Virus record (IMG/VR): IMGVR_UViG_3300037471_000178
Coordinates: 1,212 to 65,211 of that record
DNA from: a virus
Taxonomy: Duplodnaviria > Caudoviricetes
Length of the DNA stretch: 64,000 bases
Strand: one strand, 5' to 3'
The position numbers were made by a program, and so were the translations under genes. The notes under the pieces were generated by a model that was given only the letters and a program-made list of their open reading frames with translations, was not told where the DNA came from and searched no databases. Shown in pieces: positions 8,902 to 18,139 of the stretch. Position 1 is the stretch's first letter; the number at the start of each line of letters is the position of its first letter.

Positions 8902-9067
8902 TGTTGTCTATTAACCACAGCAAGACGGTGCGGAGTTCGTCCGTCGTCTGTGCCTGTGTAACGATCTGCATGGCTTCACGCTTTTGCAGATGCCGACGTG
9001 CCTGATCCTCGCTGATGCGCAAGTTGTACTGAATGCCCGCTATTTCTTCCCTTGTGAACCCGCGCAT
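8867..9067 (-). CDS. Hypothetical protein
   Basis: 66 aa ORF with GGAG RBS. Confidence 0.55.
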   Translation of the reverse strand: MRGFTREEIAGIQYNLRISEDQARRHLQKREAMQIVTQAQTTDELRTVLLWLIDNIGVDDGRRPQR

Positions 9068-9111
9068 ACTTTCTCCAAAGATAAATCCGGGCGCTAGGCC
9101 CGGATGGTTGG

Positions 9112-9513
9112 TTAGATTTTCTTGCCGCCGTCTGCTTGCCGGTTGGCGATCTGATGATCAGCTCGCTTGGCGTTGTACCGCACCTTCTCTGCGATAGCCC
9201 CGCCAAGGTCCAGCCCTAACGCGCCAGCCAGATCACCGATACGGATAACCGCATCAGCCAGCTCGACTTCAATCATCGGCCTGTGGGGTAGCTTATCATC
9301 TTGTAAGCCTTTGCGATAGCCCTCCGTTGCTTCGGCTACCTCGGTCACAATCAACATCAGCTTGGATAGCACCAGTTCCGGCGTGATCGTCAGTGGTTGT
9401 CCGGTCTGCAGATCAGACCACCAGCCCGCTTTCTCCGCCGCGTTATGACATGTCAGTGCCAGTACCACGCCGGACATGCGCAGCAAGTGTTCGTCCATTT
9501 TGTCGTTGCTCAT
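9112..9513 (-). CDS. MazG-like nucleotide pyrophosphohydrolase
   Basis: LMLIVTEVAEATEG.RK...EVELADAVIRIGDL..LDL..AIAEK..YN..R. Confidence 0.85.
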   Translation of the reverse strand: MSNDKMDEHLLRMSGVVLALTCHNAAEKAGWWSDLQTGQPLTITPELVLSKLMLIVTEVAEATEGYRKGLQDDKLPHRPMIEVELADAVIRIGDLAGALGLDLGGAIAEKVRYNAKRADHQIANRQADGGKKI

Positions 9514-9832
9514 TCTCGATTTCTCCTAGATATTTCCGTCGTCCTTGTGCCTGCCGTTCCATCTTCACGCGCAGTCGCCGCTTCAGACGGTTCGCTTCAA
9601 TATCACGCCTGAATCTGATGTTCAAGTCTTGGTCAACTACCAAATGCTTCTCGTCGCTTCCCTGCCGTACCTGCTTGGATATATGCCAGTCCCGGCAGTG
9701 GGGGCAACGATATGCCACCATCTGCTTAACTTCCTGCTGGATCAGCATGAACTCCTGCGCCGCTACCGCTGCTAACCCGGCGCTCATGTAACGCTTCTTG
9801 CTGGTACAGCCTTTTGCAACGTCGAAGCGCAT
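9443..9832 (-). CDS. Hypothetical protein with CPHCRDWH zinc-ribbon-like motif
   Basis: Start reassigned to MRFDVAKG (GGAGG RBS). Confidence 0.6.
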   Translation of the reverse strand: MRFDVAKGCTSKKRYMSAGLAAVAAQEFMLIQQEVKQMVAYRCPHCRDWHISKQVRQGSDEKHLVVDQDLNIRFRRDIEANRLKRRLRVKMERQAQGRRKYLGEIENEQRQNGRTLAAHVRRGTGTDMS

Positions 9833-10071
9833 CACGCCTCCGCTAGTTTGTACCGCTCCAGAATCTTCGCCTTGATGGAAGCGGGAACCTTCGCCAACGG
9901 ATGCCACCCGACGAAATACTTGTGGCTATCCGCACCCCATATCGTCTTGCCTGCTTCGCAGCCGTCAAAGTTCAGCACGTTCACCATCTGTCCATTCCTC
10001 GGTGCCTCCGGCGTGACCTCCAGCCAGTACACATCGGGATCGACAACGATGCCATCGCTGTTCACTTTCAT
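9832..10071 (-). CDS. Hypothetical protein
   Basis: MKVNSDG... with GGAGG RBS. Confidence 0.6.
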   Translation of the reverse strand: MKVNSDGIVVDPDVYWLEVTPEAPRNGQMVNVLNFDGCEAGKTIWGADSHKYFVGWHPLAKVPASIKAKILERYKLAEA

Positions 10072-10196
10072 TTCAGCCTCCAGAAAAAAGGCCACATGCC
10101 AAGCAGAATCGCTACCATTGTATAAACGGCCATCATGATCACTCTCCCCTTGTGATAACGGGGCTAGCGTAACACGACTAACCCCGTTCTCTTACA

Positions 10197-10364
10197 TCAG
10201 CACTTCGGCATCTTGCCCTTGCCCATCATCTGCGGAGGCATCGCGCCCGGAACACCTTTGGTGGTCTTGGCCGGTTGCTTCGCGCCGAAATGGGTGCTCG
10301 GTGCTTTCTTGCCCCTAGCGCCGCTCGGCACTACTGGCCCTACTTTGGTCTTGGAGGTTGCCAT
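10197..10364 (-). CDS. Small basic K/G/P/M-rich protein (55 aa)
   Basis: Manual translation MATSKTKVGPVVPSGARGKKAPSTHFGAK...MMGKGKMPKC; AAGGA RBS; not in ORF track. Confidence 0.5.
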   Translation of the reverse strand: MATSKTKVGPVVPSGARGKKAPSTHFGAKQPAKTTKGVPGAMPPQMMGKGKMPKC

Positions 10365-10620
10365 CTTCAATCCTTCGATCTAGTTCATCCAGAAATTCGA
10401 CAAGCGCTTCGCCGGTATGCGCGGCTTTAGCTATGTCGGCGTTCCCGCCCTTATCACGTTCTCGGGCGAGATACGCAATAATAGTTCCTTTCATGTAGCC
10501 ACGATACTCCTCCGGTGTAAGCCAAGCTTTCAGTACTTCCCACGGTTGGTACACACCGAGCTTGTGATAGTGGTCGCCGCCCACCTGCCGGTCTGTTGCG
10601 CGTCGGTTATTTGCAGTCAT
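10315..10620 (-). CDS. DUF3310-family protein
   Basis: QVGGDHY..PWEV..GY.KG.IIAYLAR...KGG..DIAKA.H. Confidence 0.8.
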   Translation of the reverse strand: MTANNRRATDRQVGGDHYHKLGVYQPWEVLKAWLTPEEYRGYMKGTIIAYLARERDKGGNADIAKAAHTGEALVEFLDELDRRIEDGNLQDQSRASSAERR

Positions 10621-10636
10621 GAAACCCCCTCAAGGT

Positions 10637-10661
10637 AAAAAAGCCGGGGTTGCCCCCCGGC
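10637..10661 (-). terminator. Intrinsic terminator
   Basis: GCCGGGG-gcaa-type hairpin followed by TTTTTT on minus strand. Confidence 0.75.
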
Positions 10662-10668
10662 GTTTTGT

Positions 10669-11271
10669 TTAGTGCTTCTGATCATCGTGTTGCGCTAGCG
10701 CCGCATCAATATCAATCGGCTCGTTGCTCGCCTCCTGCGGTGCCGTCACCACGTCCAGAATGTTCTCCAGCGTTTGTTCGTGTCGCTTGTGCATCTGCTC
10801 CATGTGGGTCAGCAACTCCTGAATGCCCATGAGCTGATCCCGAATAGCCAGCACGTCCTGCCGCACAATCGCCACGTCAGCCGCCGTGCTGGTGTCTACG
10901 GCAGGAGACTTGGTCTTGAGGATTTGGTTCACCCCATCGGCAATGGTGTCCATGTCACGACGAATGTGCCGCAACTCCTGCAGGCTGATAGCAGGCGATT
11001 CCGGAGTCTTCGCTACTTCCTTGGGCTTGGGCTTGGTGTGCTCCTCAATGAAATTGTGCAGCCACGCTCTGGCAGGGCCAGCTTCCCACAGCGTTGACGC
11101 CCTTCCGCCTGTTCCGAGCGGGGTCACTACATGCGGGATTTCGGCTTCCTTCATCATGTTCTCAACCTTGGAGTGGTAGCCCACCAGCCCCCGGTTCTTC
11201 AGTTCTGTATAGAAGAAGTTGGTCGGCAGATGAGATATGTCATCCATCGTGCGCTTACGTTTCGCAGTCAT
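10669..11271 (-). CDS. Hypothetical protein with coiled-coil C-terminus
   Basis: 200 aa ORF with AAGGAG RBS. Confidence 0.65.
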   Translation of the reverse strand: MTAKRKRTMDDISHLPTNFFYTELKNRGLVGYHSKVENMMKEAEIPHVVTPLGTGGRASTLWEAGPARAWLHNFIEEHTKPKPKEVAKTPESPAISLQELRHIRRDMDTIADGVNQILKTKSPAVDTSTAADVAIVRQDVLAIRDQLMGIQELLTHMEQMHKRHEQTLENILDVVTAPQEASNEPIDIDAALAQHDDQKH

Positions 11272-11289
11272 TTCTAGCTCCTTGTGAAT

Positions 11290-11322
11290 GGGACAAATCC
11301 CTGAGTGATAAGGATTTGTCCC
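11290..11322. repeat. 33-bp bipartite inverted repeat, copy 2
   Basis: GGGACAAATCC-N11-GGATTTGTCCC. Confidence 0.85.
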
Positions 11323-11328
11323 TGTTGA

Positions 11329-11496
11329 TTACATCTTCTTCCCATCCTGATCCAGACCGAGCGCCAGCATAAGCTTCACCATGCGAGTCTCCATCCGAAT
11401 CAACCGCTGCGTGTTCTGACGATCTATCTCAACGAGTTCGTTGATCTTGACCATCAGCGCATCCAACCTCTCCAAGATCAGCTTGTCATTAAACAT
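11329..11496 (-). CDS. Small coiled-coil hypothetical protein (55 aa)
   Basis: Manual translation MFNDKLILERLDALMVKINELVEID... Confidence 0.55.
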   Translation of the reverse strand: MFNDKLILERLDALMVKINELVEIDRQNTQRLIRMETRMVKLMLALGLDQDGKKM

Positions 11497-11708
11497 GACT
11501 GGCCCCCATCCAAGAGTGCGGACTGAAGCGCTGCCGCATCGCCTTGAATCACAGGCCGAAGATCAGGTAGATATAGCAGCCCGATCTTAACTCTGGGCTT
11601 TGTGATTCCCCGACTTGCCATCCATGCTAGCTGTCGGCGTCTTGCTTCCTCAATGGGCAAGACCTCCCCATTAACTGTTGCCTTCATCGACTTTCTCCTT
11701 TTCCTCAT
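11478..11708 (-). CDS. Hypothetical protein
   Basis: 76 aa ORF (start possibly MKATV). Confidence 0.45.
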   Translation of the reverse strand: MRKRRKSMKATVNGEVLPIEEARRRQLAWMASRGITKPRVKIGLLYLPDLRPVIQGDAAALQSALLDGGQSCLMTS

Positions 11709-12987
11709 AGTCCGTATAACCTGCGTCGCTCGTCATCCTAGCCAGCTCTTGCATCCGGTCATAGTTGGTCATGGCTTCGATCAAGTCAATGCCAAAGATC
11801 AGACCATCATCGTACGCCAACAACACGCTGGCTACCACATCAGCGCCGAACTTACTCACGTTGTCCTCAAGCATCTTGTCCGTGATGCTTGACGATGGCC
11901 AAGCGTTCGGGCTATTGCTCATGACGTTAAGCATCTGCCGGAGCTGGTGTACATCAGCACGGTACGGCTGCGCTACCTTATGCTCTGGCTCTGCCTCGTC
12001 CGTAGAGTCCGCGCTTGGGACGAACGGGTTTGCCTTTTTTCCGGTGCGTTTCGCTTCCTCCTGCCATTTGCCAATGTTGTGCGTACGAGTCTTGCCGCTG
12101 CGTGCCTTGGTTTTCTTGGGCAGTTGGCGGTTGCGGGCGGTCTTGGCTGGCGGCGATATCGGAACGACCTGACCTTCCACCACGTCCTTCGTGGTCTTGA
12201 TCACATCATCCTTGTTGTTCTTCTGCGCCTCCTTGAATCCTGCCCAATACTCTTCGTACGCAGCGTCATCGTCACGCTCATACGCCGTGGATGCGGTGCT
12301 GGACTTGGCATAGTTCGACGCGCTCGAACCGGAGTACCAAGTGTTGTTGCCGGAGTACCCGCCATACGAGTACTTGTGGCACTTGTTGATGCCCGGATAC
12401 AACGACTCGCTACGCGCCGACCATGCGTAAGTGTTGCTGAACCACACGCCATTCCATTCGATGCCCGCATCCTTGTTCATGATCTGCAGGTTGCCGTAGC
12501 AATCCATGATGGCGAACTTGTTGGACGATCCAATGAAGTCTTCGACAAGCAAACGGAATTGGGGCTTGAAGATAACAGCTTGGTCGTTCTCCGACAACGG
12601 CTTGATATAGTTCCGGATGAAGTGCCACGTATCAGACTTCGTGGTATCCGCCTTGTTACCCGTGGACAACACGCCATTGTGCATCATGGCAACCGGAGTC
12701 TTCTTGCCGCTTTCTTCCTTGGTGAAACCCCACACGATGTACGGATGGGTGTTCTCCAGATCAATGTCGCCATGCGTACGCATCCGAAGATGGAAGCAAG
12801 CCTCCTCGCTCTCGTACTTGCGGAAGAACTCGATCCAATCCTTCACGCCGCCCACGGCCTTGTCGATAAACAACGTGTTGTCCTTGGCATACATGACACC
12901 AAAGCCATCGCGGTTACTTGCCCACATATCGGCAAGCTGGCTATCGTTAAAGGTCACGTCGGCTGGCTTATGGAAGAGAAGACACAT
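11671..12987 (-). CDS. Class II (Ntn) glutamine amidotransferase with long C-terminal extension
   Basis: N-terminal Met-Cys nucleophile; NRDGFG, HLRMRTHG, NTHPY, MHNG, SDT motifs. Confidence 0.88.
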   Translation of the reverse strand: MCLLFHKPADVTFNDSQLADMWASNRDGFGVMYAKDNTLFIDKAVGGVKDWIEFFRKYESEEACFHLRMRTHGDIDLENTHPYIVWGFTKEESGKKTPVAMMHNGVLSTGNKADTTKSDTWHFIRNYIKPLSENDQAVIFKPQFRLLVEDFIGSSNKFAIMDCYGNLQIMNKDAGIEWNGVWFSNTYAWSARSESLYPGINKCHKYSYGGYSGNNTWYSGSSASNYAKSSTASTAYERDDDAAYEEYWAGFKEAQKNNKDDVIKTTKDVVEGQVVPISPPAKTARNRQLPKKTKARSGKTRTHNIGKWQEEAKRTGKKANPFVPSADSTDEAEPEHKVAQPYRADVHQLRQMLNVMSNSPNAWPSSSITDKMLEDNVSKFGADVVASVLLAYDDGLIFGIDLIEAMTNYDRMQELARMTSDAGYTDYEEKEKVDEGNS

Positions 12988-13057
12988 GATGATTCCTTTC
13001 AGTTAGTAAGTAAATTAAGTTGCAGGGCTAGCCCATTGCCAGCCCTGTTTGCTGCAA

Positions 13058-13276
13058 TTACCGCTTGATACCACGCCAAGACAAACGCTGGAACGCCGAC
13101 TTGTGCACTCTCAGTTCGTGTGCGACTTTAGCGGAAGTAGCCTGAAAACACCAAACCGTCCCGTCCCAATAGCTGTACATGAAGTTGCCGTTGAACCCGC
13201 GCTGATACACACCGACTCGCGCCGGCTTAATCGTGTACGGATACCAGTCCGTCAACTGCAATTTGCGCTTGCCCAT
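13058..13276 (-). CDS. Hypothetical protein
   Basis: 72 aa aromatic-rich ORF coupled to the amidoligase stop (TAATG). Confidence 0.6.
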   Translation of the reverse strand: MGKRKLQLTDWYPYTIKPARVGVYQRGFNGNFMYSYWDGTVWCFQATSAKVAHELRVHKSAFQRLSWRGIKR

Positions 13277-15252
13277 TATGCATTCTCCTCATGCGGGGTC
13301 AGTTCAGTAATCACAGCCGGTGCCGACGCATGCTGACGCGGCATGTACACATTGAAGCCACGCTGCGACAGGTACGTACGCAGGTAACGAGTCTCATGGC
13401 GATTCTCCGGTGCGCTGATGTACTCACAGAACTTCTCGGTTGTGAGGTCAGCCGCCGCATGATCGCGGGAGAACAGCCACGCAGCCTGTGCAAACTCCAC
13501 GCATGCCAGAATGGTGACAGGCATCATGCTGCCCTTGAACACACGAATCTCCACCGTCTTCGGGTTCGTGAAGTTCACCATCTGATAGCGGTCGCCGTCA
13601 GACAAATTCGTGACTGCATTCTCGATCACCTGCTGCCATGTGTAGCCATACGATCTGATCATGCGCTTGATGTTGCCACCCAAAGACCGCTTGGTGTTGT
13701 ACTGCACGTTCGCCTTGTCCTTGCCCTCGGCAACCTTGGCATAGTTCACCGAGTACCGGCGAGCGATGGCCTTGATCAGTTGCTTGTTTGCCGGGTCGTT
13801 GTAGAACGCTTGCATCTTCACCGCATGCATCAGCGACTTCGGCTTGGCCAGATGCACATGCAGACCACAGGACGAGCGGGCATCATGGCTGTGCAGCAGG
13901 CGACGATACGGCAGCTTGCCATCTTCACCACGACCGAAAATCTTCTCGATGTGATAGCGATGCACTTCCGCCGAACCATACGACGTAACCATTTCAAAGC
14001 CATACGACACCGAACCGTCACGCTCCAAGAACGCATAGCCCGGAACCCTCTTGCCATTCCAACCTTCCGGCTTGGCATTCAGGATACGGCCCATCACACG
14101 CTGCGCTGCATCCTCACGATCCCCCTCGCAGCCGGGGACACACTCCATTTCCAGTTCAACGCCGATGGTCAGGCCGTTGAAGTGAGTGCCATCCAGATTC
14201 GGCAGCGCACCGATGCGACGCTTGGACGAGTGATACTCACCAATCACAGGCGGCGGCTGATGGGTACGCTTGCTGCCATCCGGCCATGTGTACCCACGGA
14301 AGTCAGTCCGTGCCAGTACTTCGACACCAATCTCGTTGAGCAGAGTATGCGTCTGGATTCCCTGCATGCAGTGCTGGCAGTACGACTCTTCACCATGACG
14401 CGACATGACCTCAGCGATGCGGTTGACGAACTCATAGTGACCGCAGCCAGCAGGACTAACCGGGTTGTCCGGGTGCTTGGCGTGCCACACGTTGAGCGCT
14501 ATGCTCATATTGGCCGAGTTTACTGACGTACGGATGGAGTTCAAGAACTGGTATCCATCACGACCTTCCTCGACACGCTTGGCTGCCTTGGCGATAGCCT
14601 GCAGCGCGGTCTTCACCTGATTGGCCTGCTCGGTGTGCGGCTTCCATGTGCTGACCCTGATCCACGGATACGATCCGGGCTGGATTGCTTCCTTGCGACC
14701 AGCCGCGCCGAACTTGTTCATCGAGCAGCGACGATTGAACTCAAGCTCGGCCAGCTTGTTGTACATCTTCTGCTTGAAGTTATCCAGCACCGACGAGCGG
14801 CTGTGGTCGATGTTCCAGCGCACATACGCCATCATCGACGTTGAACCCCGGCGCATCGTATCCTCTTCCTCGTTGCGGGCATTGAGGATGCGGATATGCT
14901 GGCGATTAACCGCTACCGTCAAGAGCTGCTTGGGCAAGCCATCACGCCCTGCAGCGAACTGATCGTTGTTGATCCGCATGATCGCCACGGTAGTCGATAG
15001 ACCGCACAGCGGGCGAATCATAGCCAGCCTGCGCTCGCTGTTATACGACACGCATACGCCACGGAACTGCGACGAGATACGAGTGCGGCCCCACGAATGA
15101 TCCTTGACATCAACTCGCACAAACATACCCGGCTTGAGAATCTGACCGCGCTTGACGGTATTCTCTGCGGTCATCACTGGTGCAAGGAAGCTGTCCAGAG
15201 TTACTTCGTTGCCGCGCAGGAGTTTGCTAGCGAAGATGGTTTGAGTGGTCAT
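13276..15252 (-). CDS. Putative amidoligase (COOH-NH2 ligase, Amidoligase_2-like)
   Basis: TIGVELEME, ERDGSVSYGFEMVT, SCGLHVH, RYQMVN, TVEIRVFKGS. Confidence 0.82.
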   Translation of the reverse strand: MTTQTIFASKLLRGNEVTLDSFLAPVMTAENTVKRGQILKPGMFVRVDVKDHSWGRTRISSQFRGVCVSYNSERRLAMIRPLCGLSTTVAIMRINNDQFAAGRDGLPKQLLTVAVNRQHIRILNARNEEEDTMRRGSTSMMAYVRWNIDHSRSSVLDNFKQKMYNKLAELEFNRRCSMNKFGAAGRKEAIQPGSYPWIRVSTWKPHTEQANQVKTALQAIAKAAKRVEEGRDGYQFLNSIRTSVNSANMSIALNVWHAKHPDNPVSPAGCGHYEFVNRIAEVMSRHGEESYCQHCMQGIQTHTLLNEIGVEVLARTDFRGYTWPDGSKRTHQPPPVIGEYHSSKRRIGALPNLDGTHFNGLTIGVELEMECVPGCEGDREDAAQRVMGRILNAKPEGWNGKRVPGYAFLERDGSVSYGFEMVTSYGSAEVHRYHIEKIFGRGEDGKLPYRRLLHSHDARSSCGLHVHLAKPKSLMHAVKMQAFYNDPANKQLIKAIARRYSVNYAKVAEGKDKANVQYNTKRSLGGNIKRMIRSYGYTWQQVIENAVTNLSDGDRYQMVNFTNPKTVEIRVFKGSMMPVTILACVEFAQAAWLFSRDHAAADLTTEKFCEYISAPENRHETRYLRTYLSQRGFNVYMPRQHASAPAVITELTPHEENA

Positions 15253-15282
15253 TTTGTACTCCGTAAATAAGTGAATGAGAGT

Positions 15283-15315
15283 GGGACAAGTCCTTAACCA
15301 CTAAGGATATGTCCC
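15283..15315. repeat. 33-bp bipartite inverted repeat, copy 3
   Basis: GGGACAAGTCC-N11-GGATATGTCCC. Confidence 0.85.
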
Positions 15316-15333
15316 CGGTACTGCGGGTCTAGC

Positions 15334-15726
15334 TTAGTGCAACGTCGGGTTATCGTCCTCGTCAATCGGAAACTGCTGTTGCTGCGGTAGAACTTCTGCA
15401 TCGCCACGCTCGATCAGATCACCAAGCGCGTCCATGATCTTGTTGAGCAGCTTGATCTGGCGCAACTCACCAAACACGCGGTCGAATGAGCGGGTCATAT
15501 CTTCCTTCGTCCATGCGCTGTTGCCAACGATCACCGATGCATCATCGAAGTAGCGGTTGATGATCATGTCGTCACGCGCCTTCTCATACGCTGCCTTATC
15601 GCCGGTTTCGTACACAGCGAGAACCGCTTTCACTGTTTCAATCGGGATCAGGTCACGCAGGGATTCGGCTTGGCTCAGGCCGATGTAGACGCCTTTCTTC
15701 AACTCGACTTGCTGTTCCGCTTTCAT
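15334..15726 (-). CDS. Hypothetical protein
   Basis: Start reassigned to MKAEQQ (AAGGAG RBS). Confidence 0.6.
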   Translation of the reverse strand: MKAEQQVELKKGVYIGLSQAESLRDLIPIETVKAVLAVYETGDKAAYEKARDDMIINRYFDDASVIVGNSAWTKEDMTRSFDRVFGELRQIKLLNKIMDALGDLIERGDAEVLPQQQQFPIDEDDNPTLH

Positions 15727-15740
15727 GTCAGCTCCTTGTT

Positions 15741-15773
15741 GGGACATTTCCCCGGCCCTTGGGGATTTGTCCC
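15741..15773. repeat. 33-bp bipartite inverted repeat, copy 4
   Basis: GGGACATTTCC-N11-GGATTTGTCCC. Confidence 0.85.
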
Positions 15774-15824
15774 GGTTGGTTATGTGCTGCTTGGGCCTTA
15801 CTGTTTCGATCTACTATGAGACAT

Positions 15825-15853
15825 ATTATACATGAGTGTAAGCGTCATGTCAA
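15825..15853 (-). promoter_or_regulatory. Sigma70-type promoter TTGACA-N17-TATAAT
   Basis: Perfect consensus; GCTTACA in spacer; 21 nt spanning the -10 box and start region identical to the promoter at 19992-20020. Confidence 0.88.
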
Positions 15854-15862
15854 ATAAATGTC

Positions 15863-16048
15863 TTACTCCGCATGCACGTCCAAGATGACGTTGTTGGCAT
15901 CCACCTTTAGGACAGCGCGGCTCCTGCCCTGCGAGTGGGTGAAGCCTTCGCCGGGGCGGACTACGTGGACCTCGTGGAAGGCAATCTTCAGGGCGTCCAT
16001 CAGGTCATCGGTCAGGGTGCGACCGATCAGCGATGCGAGTGCGATCAT
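15863..16048 (-). CDS. Hypothetical protein
   Basis: 61 aa ORF with GAGGAG RBS. Confidence 0.6.
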   Translation of the reverse strand: MIALASLIGRTLTDDLMDALKIAFHEVHVVRPGEGFTHSQGRSRAVLKVDANNVILDVHAE

Positions 16049-16081
16049 GTGTTTCTCCTCGTTAAAATGCAGTCATGAAAA

Positions 16082-16420
16082 TCAGTACTGGTCGTCATAT
16101 TGACCGGCCAAAAATTCTACGCGAATACAGGCAATACGCGACGATGATGATTCCGCATCAGCCTCGGCCCGTGTCGCATGTCCGGGCTTGCCCCGGTAGA
16201 TGTTGACGTACCGCACGATCTTCTCGGGCGGGTTAATCAAGTCATCCTGCGATTCCTCGCCAGTCACATAGAACTTACCGTCACGGCCCCACGACGATAG
16301 CGTGGTGCTGCGTCCGATGTAGCCAAGGATGGGCTGACGCCCACGGCCATCAATGCTTACCAACGTCACTGTCTCGCCACTGCGGGTGCGCAGTGTCTCG
16401 TCAAAGATCAACGTAGTCAT
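16082..16420 (-). CDS. Hypothetical protein (single copy of a repeated phage domain)
   Basis: LRTRSGETV...ILGYIG...WGRDGKFY...DDLIN, homologous to modules in the adjacent ORF. Confidence 0.7.
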   Translation of the reverse strand: MTTLIFDETLRTRSGETVTLVSIDGRGRQPILGYIGRSTTLSSWGRDGKFYVTGEESQDDLINPPEKIVRYVNIYRGKPGHATRAEADAESSSSRIACIRVEFLAGQYDDQY

Positions 16421-16429
16421 GATCGTTCC

Positions 16430-17026
16430 TTAGTTGAGTTCGATTTCAAAGGGCAGCACAGTCAGAACCCGCACATTCGGGTACATGGTGCGAAGCGTTT
16501 TCTCATCGGCATAGATGCCAGTACTGCGCAGCTCGCCGTTGGAGTCAAGGACGATGCCGACCACACCATTGCGTACCTCGGGCACGTTCTCAAGGTCCAT
16601 TTCAGATGGGGTATCACAGTACTGCCCCTCCGCGTTCCATGTAGACGGCAGAAGGTTCGTGCCGATATAGCCAATGAGTTCCTTACCCGGACGCCCACCA
16701 GTGGAAATAATCTCCACTTCCAAGCCGTGCTTGGTGCGAATGGGTCGGCTGAAATCAAGGTCTTTCACTTCGTTCTCCTTCACGTTGGGAATCAGGTCAT
16801 GCGGGTGATCGTATTTCTCACGCAGGTACTTGCCGTTGTACGTGTACGCCATGCATAAATCCCTGCCGTCGCAGTCACGCACTAGGTCAACCGTCGCGGG
16901 GAAGGCGTCTCGAACAAAGCCGCTTTTTATCTTAGTCAGCCTTACGTTCAGCACTGTCATCCCGCTTTTTGTGAATATCGGTTTTGTCAGGTCGAACTTT
17001 TTTGGGTTCAGTGGTTTCATCCTCAA
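16430..17026 (-). CDS. Hypothetical protein (two copies of the same domain)
   Basis: PIFTKSG...YNGKY...HDLI and PIRTKHG...LIGYIG...WNAEGQY...MDLEN. Confidence 0.7.
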   Translation of the reverse strand: MRMKPLNPKKFDLTKPIFTKSGMTVLNVRLTKIKSGFVRDAFPATVDLVRDCDGRDLCMAYTYNGKYLREKYDHPHDLIPNVKENEVKDLDFSRPIRTKHGLEVEIISTGGRPGKELIGYIGTNLLPSTWNAEGQYCDTPSEMDLENVPEVRNGVVGIVLDSNGELRSTGIYADEKTLRTMYPNVRVLTVLPFEIELN

Positions 17027-17231
17027 GCTCCTTCTTCGGTGGGTTGCGATAGTCGAACGCCACCTTGGTCATGTTCGTGGCGATACCAAACGCCACCTTG
17101 GACAGCGTGTACTCCAGACTGTCCCCGTTCTTACGCGCCATGCTGCTCAGCCATGCATGATGTGCCCGGTCGAGCAGCGCTTGCATGGCTAGCCCCGCGT
17201 AGTGTTCCCGCAAATCGCGCCTATCCATCAC
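16932..17231 (-). CDS. Hypothetical protein
   Basis: DLREHYAGLAMQALL motif, common in small phage proteins. Confidence 0.6.
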   Translation of the reverse strand: MMDRRDLREHYAGLAMQALLDRAHHAWLSSMARKNGDSLEYTLSKVAFGIATNMTKVAFDYRNPPKKELEDETTEPKKVRPDKTDIHKKRDDSAERKAD

Positions 17232-17539
17232 ACCCCCACATCGTCTGTCTTATCCAGCTCAAGATGGAGGATTTCCAGTTGCCCCTTGATCCACCCCCGG
17301 CAGTCCGCTGCCGTTACGTTATGCGCTCCTTCCATCCATTCTATGAGTTCATCGACCCACTGGAACACCGACGATTTCATGGCGTTCAGCCCGCCAAGAT
17401 GGGTGAACACTTCAGCCCGCCTTCGGCTCGTCATTTCGCCGAAGAAATACCCGGTGTAATACATCGCCAGCAGTTGCACTTGCCTCGTTGAGTCCATGTC
17501 AGTCATCCTCATCATCGTTGTTGATGCCAAATGCTGCAC
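17228..17539 (-). CDS. Hypothetical protein
   Basis: ORF in early cluster; start uncertain. Confidence 0.5.
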   Translation of the reverse strand: MQHLASTTMMRMTDMDSTRQVQLLAMYYTGYFFGEMTSRRRAEVFTHLGGLNAMKSSVFQWVDELIEWMEGAHNVTAADCRGWIKGQLEILHLELDKTDDVGV

Positions 17540-17594
17540 ACAGCAGCGTCGTCACCGATGCGCTCAGCGCGAACAGTATCAATGCAGTCATGAT

Positions 17595-17954
17595 TCATTT
17601 CCCTTTCTTGGTTAAGTCAGAAAGCATTTCATCCAGCTTGGCATTGACCACGGCTTGCACCTTCTGGCCTGTTGCAGAGTTGACTGCCTCTTTAGCTAGG
17701 CTAGCACCAGCCATCATGTACATCGTGCGCTCGGATGGCAGTAGCGCCGACACAATAAACGACACGAAGCTCAACCACACTAGCGTCGTGCAGTACGGCT
17801 GCCACGGTTTCTTACTGTTCTCGTCCATGTATTCCATGCCGCGAGCGAATACCCCAACGACAACAGCGGCTATCAACAGAACGCCAAAGGTAAAGAAAAC
17901 GACACTGACTTTATCCAGCACGTTTGCCAAGTAAATAAATAGTTCGATGCTCAT
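17595..17954 (-). CDS. Hypothetical membrane protein (2 TM)
   Basis: Two hydrophobic segments; LPSERTMYMMAG motif. Confidence 0.7.
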   Translation of the reverse strand: MSIELFIYLANVLDKVSVVFFTFGVLLIAAVVVGVFARGMEYMDENSKKPWQPYCTTLVWLSFVSFIVSALLPSERTMYMMAGASLAKEAVNSATGQKVQAVVNAKLDEMLSDLTKKGK

Positions 17955-18139
17955 GAATTCCTCGCGTTAAAAAACCGAACAAACCAGTAGCCATTGATCG
18001 TTGCCAGCACCAGTTCAATAAGCGCCGACCCAATCTGGCCTTCGCGCAATAGCGATACTGCCGCTACCGACAGGAGCAAACACACTAGCAGATTCGATGC
18101 TGCTAGCACGGTGCACAGGATTTTCCATTTTTGGTTCAC
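17951..18139 (-). CDS. Small membrane protein
   Basis: Two hydrophobic stretches; ATGA overlap with next gene. Confidence 0.55.
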   Translation of the reverse strand: MNQKWKILCTVLAASNLLVCLLLSVAAVSLLREGQIGSALIELVLATINGYWFVRFFNARNS

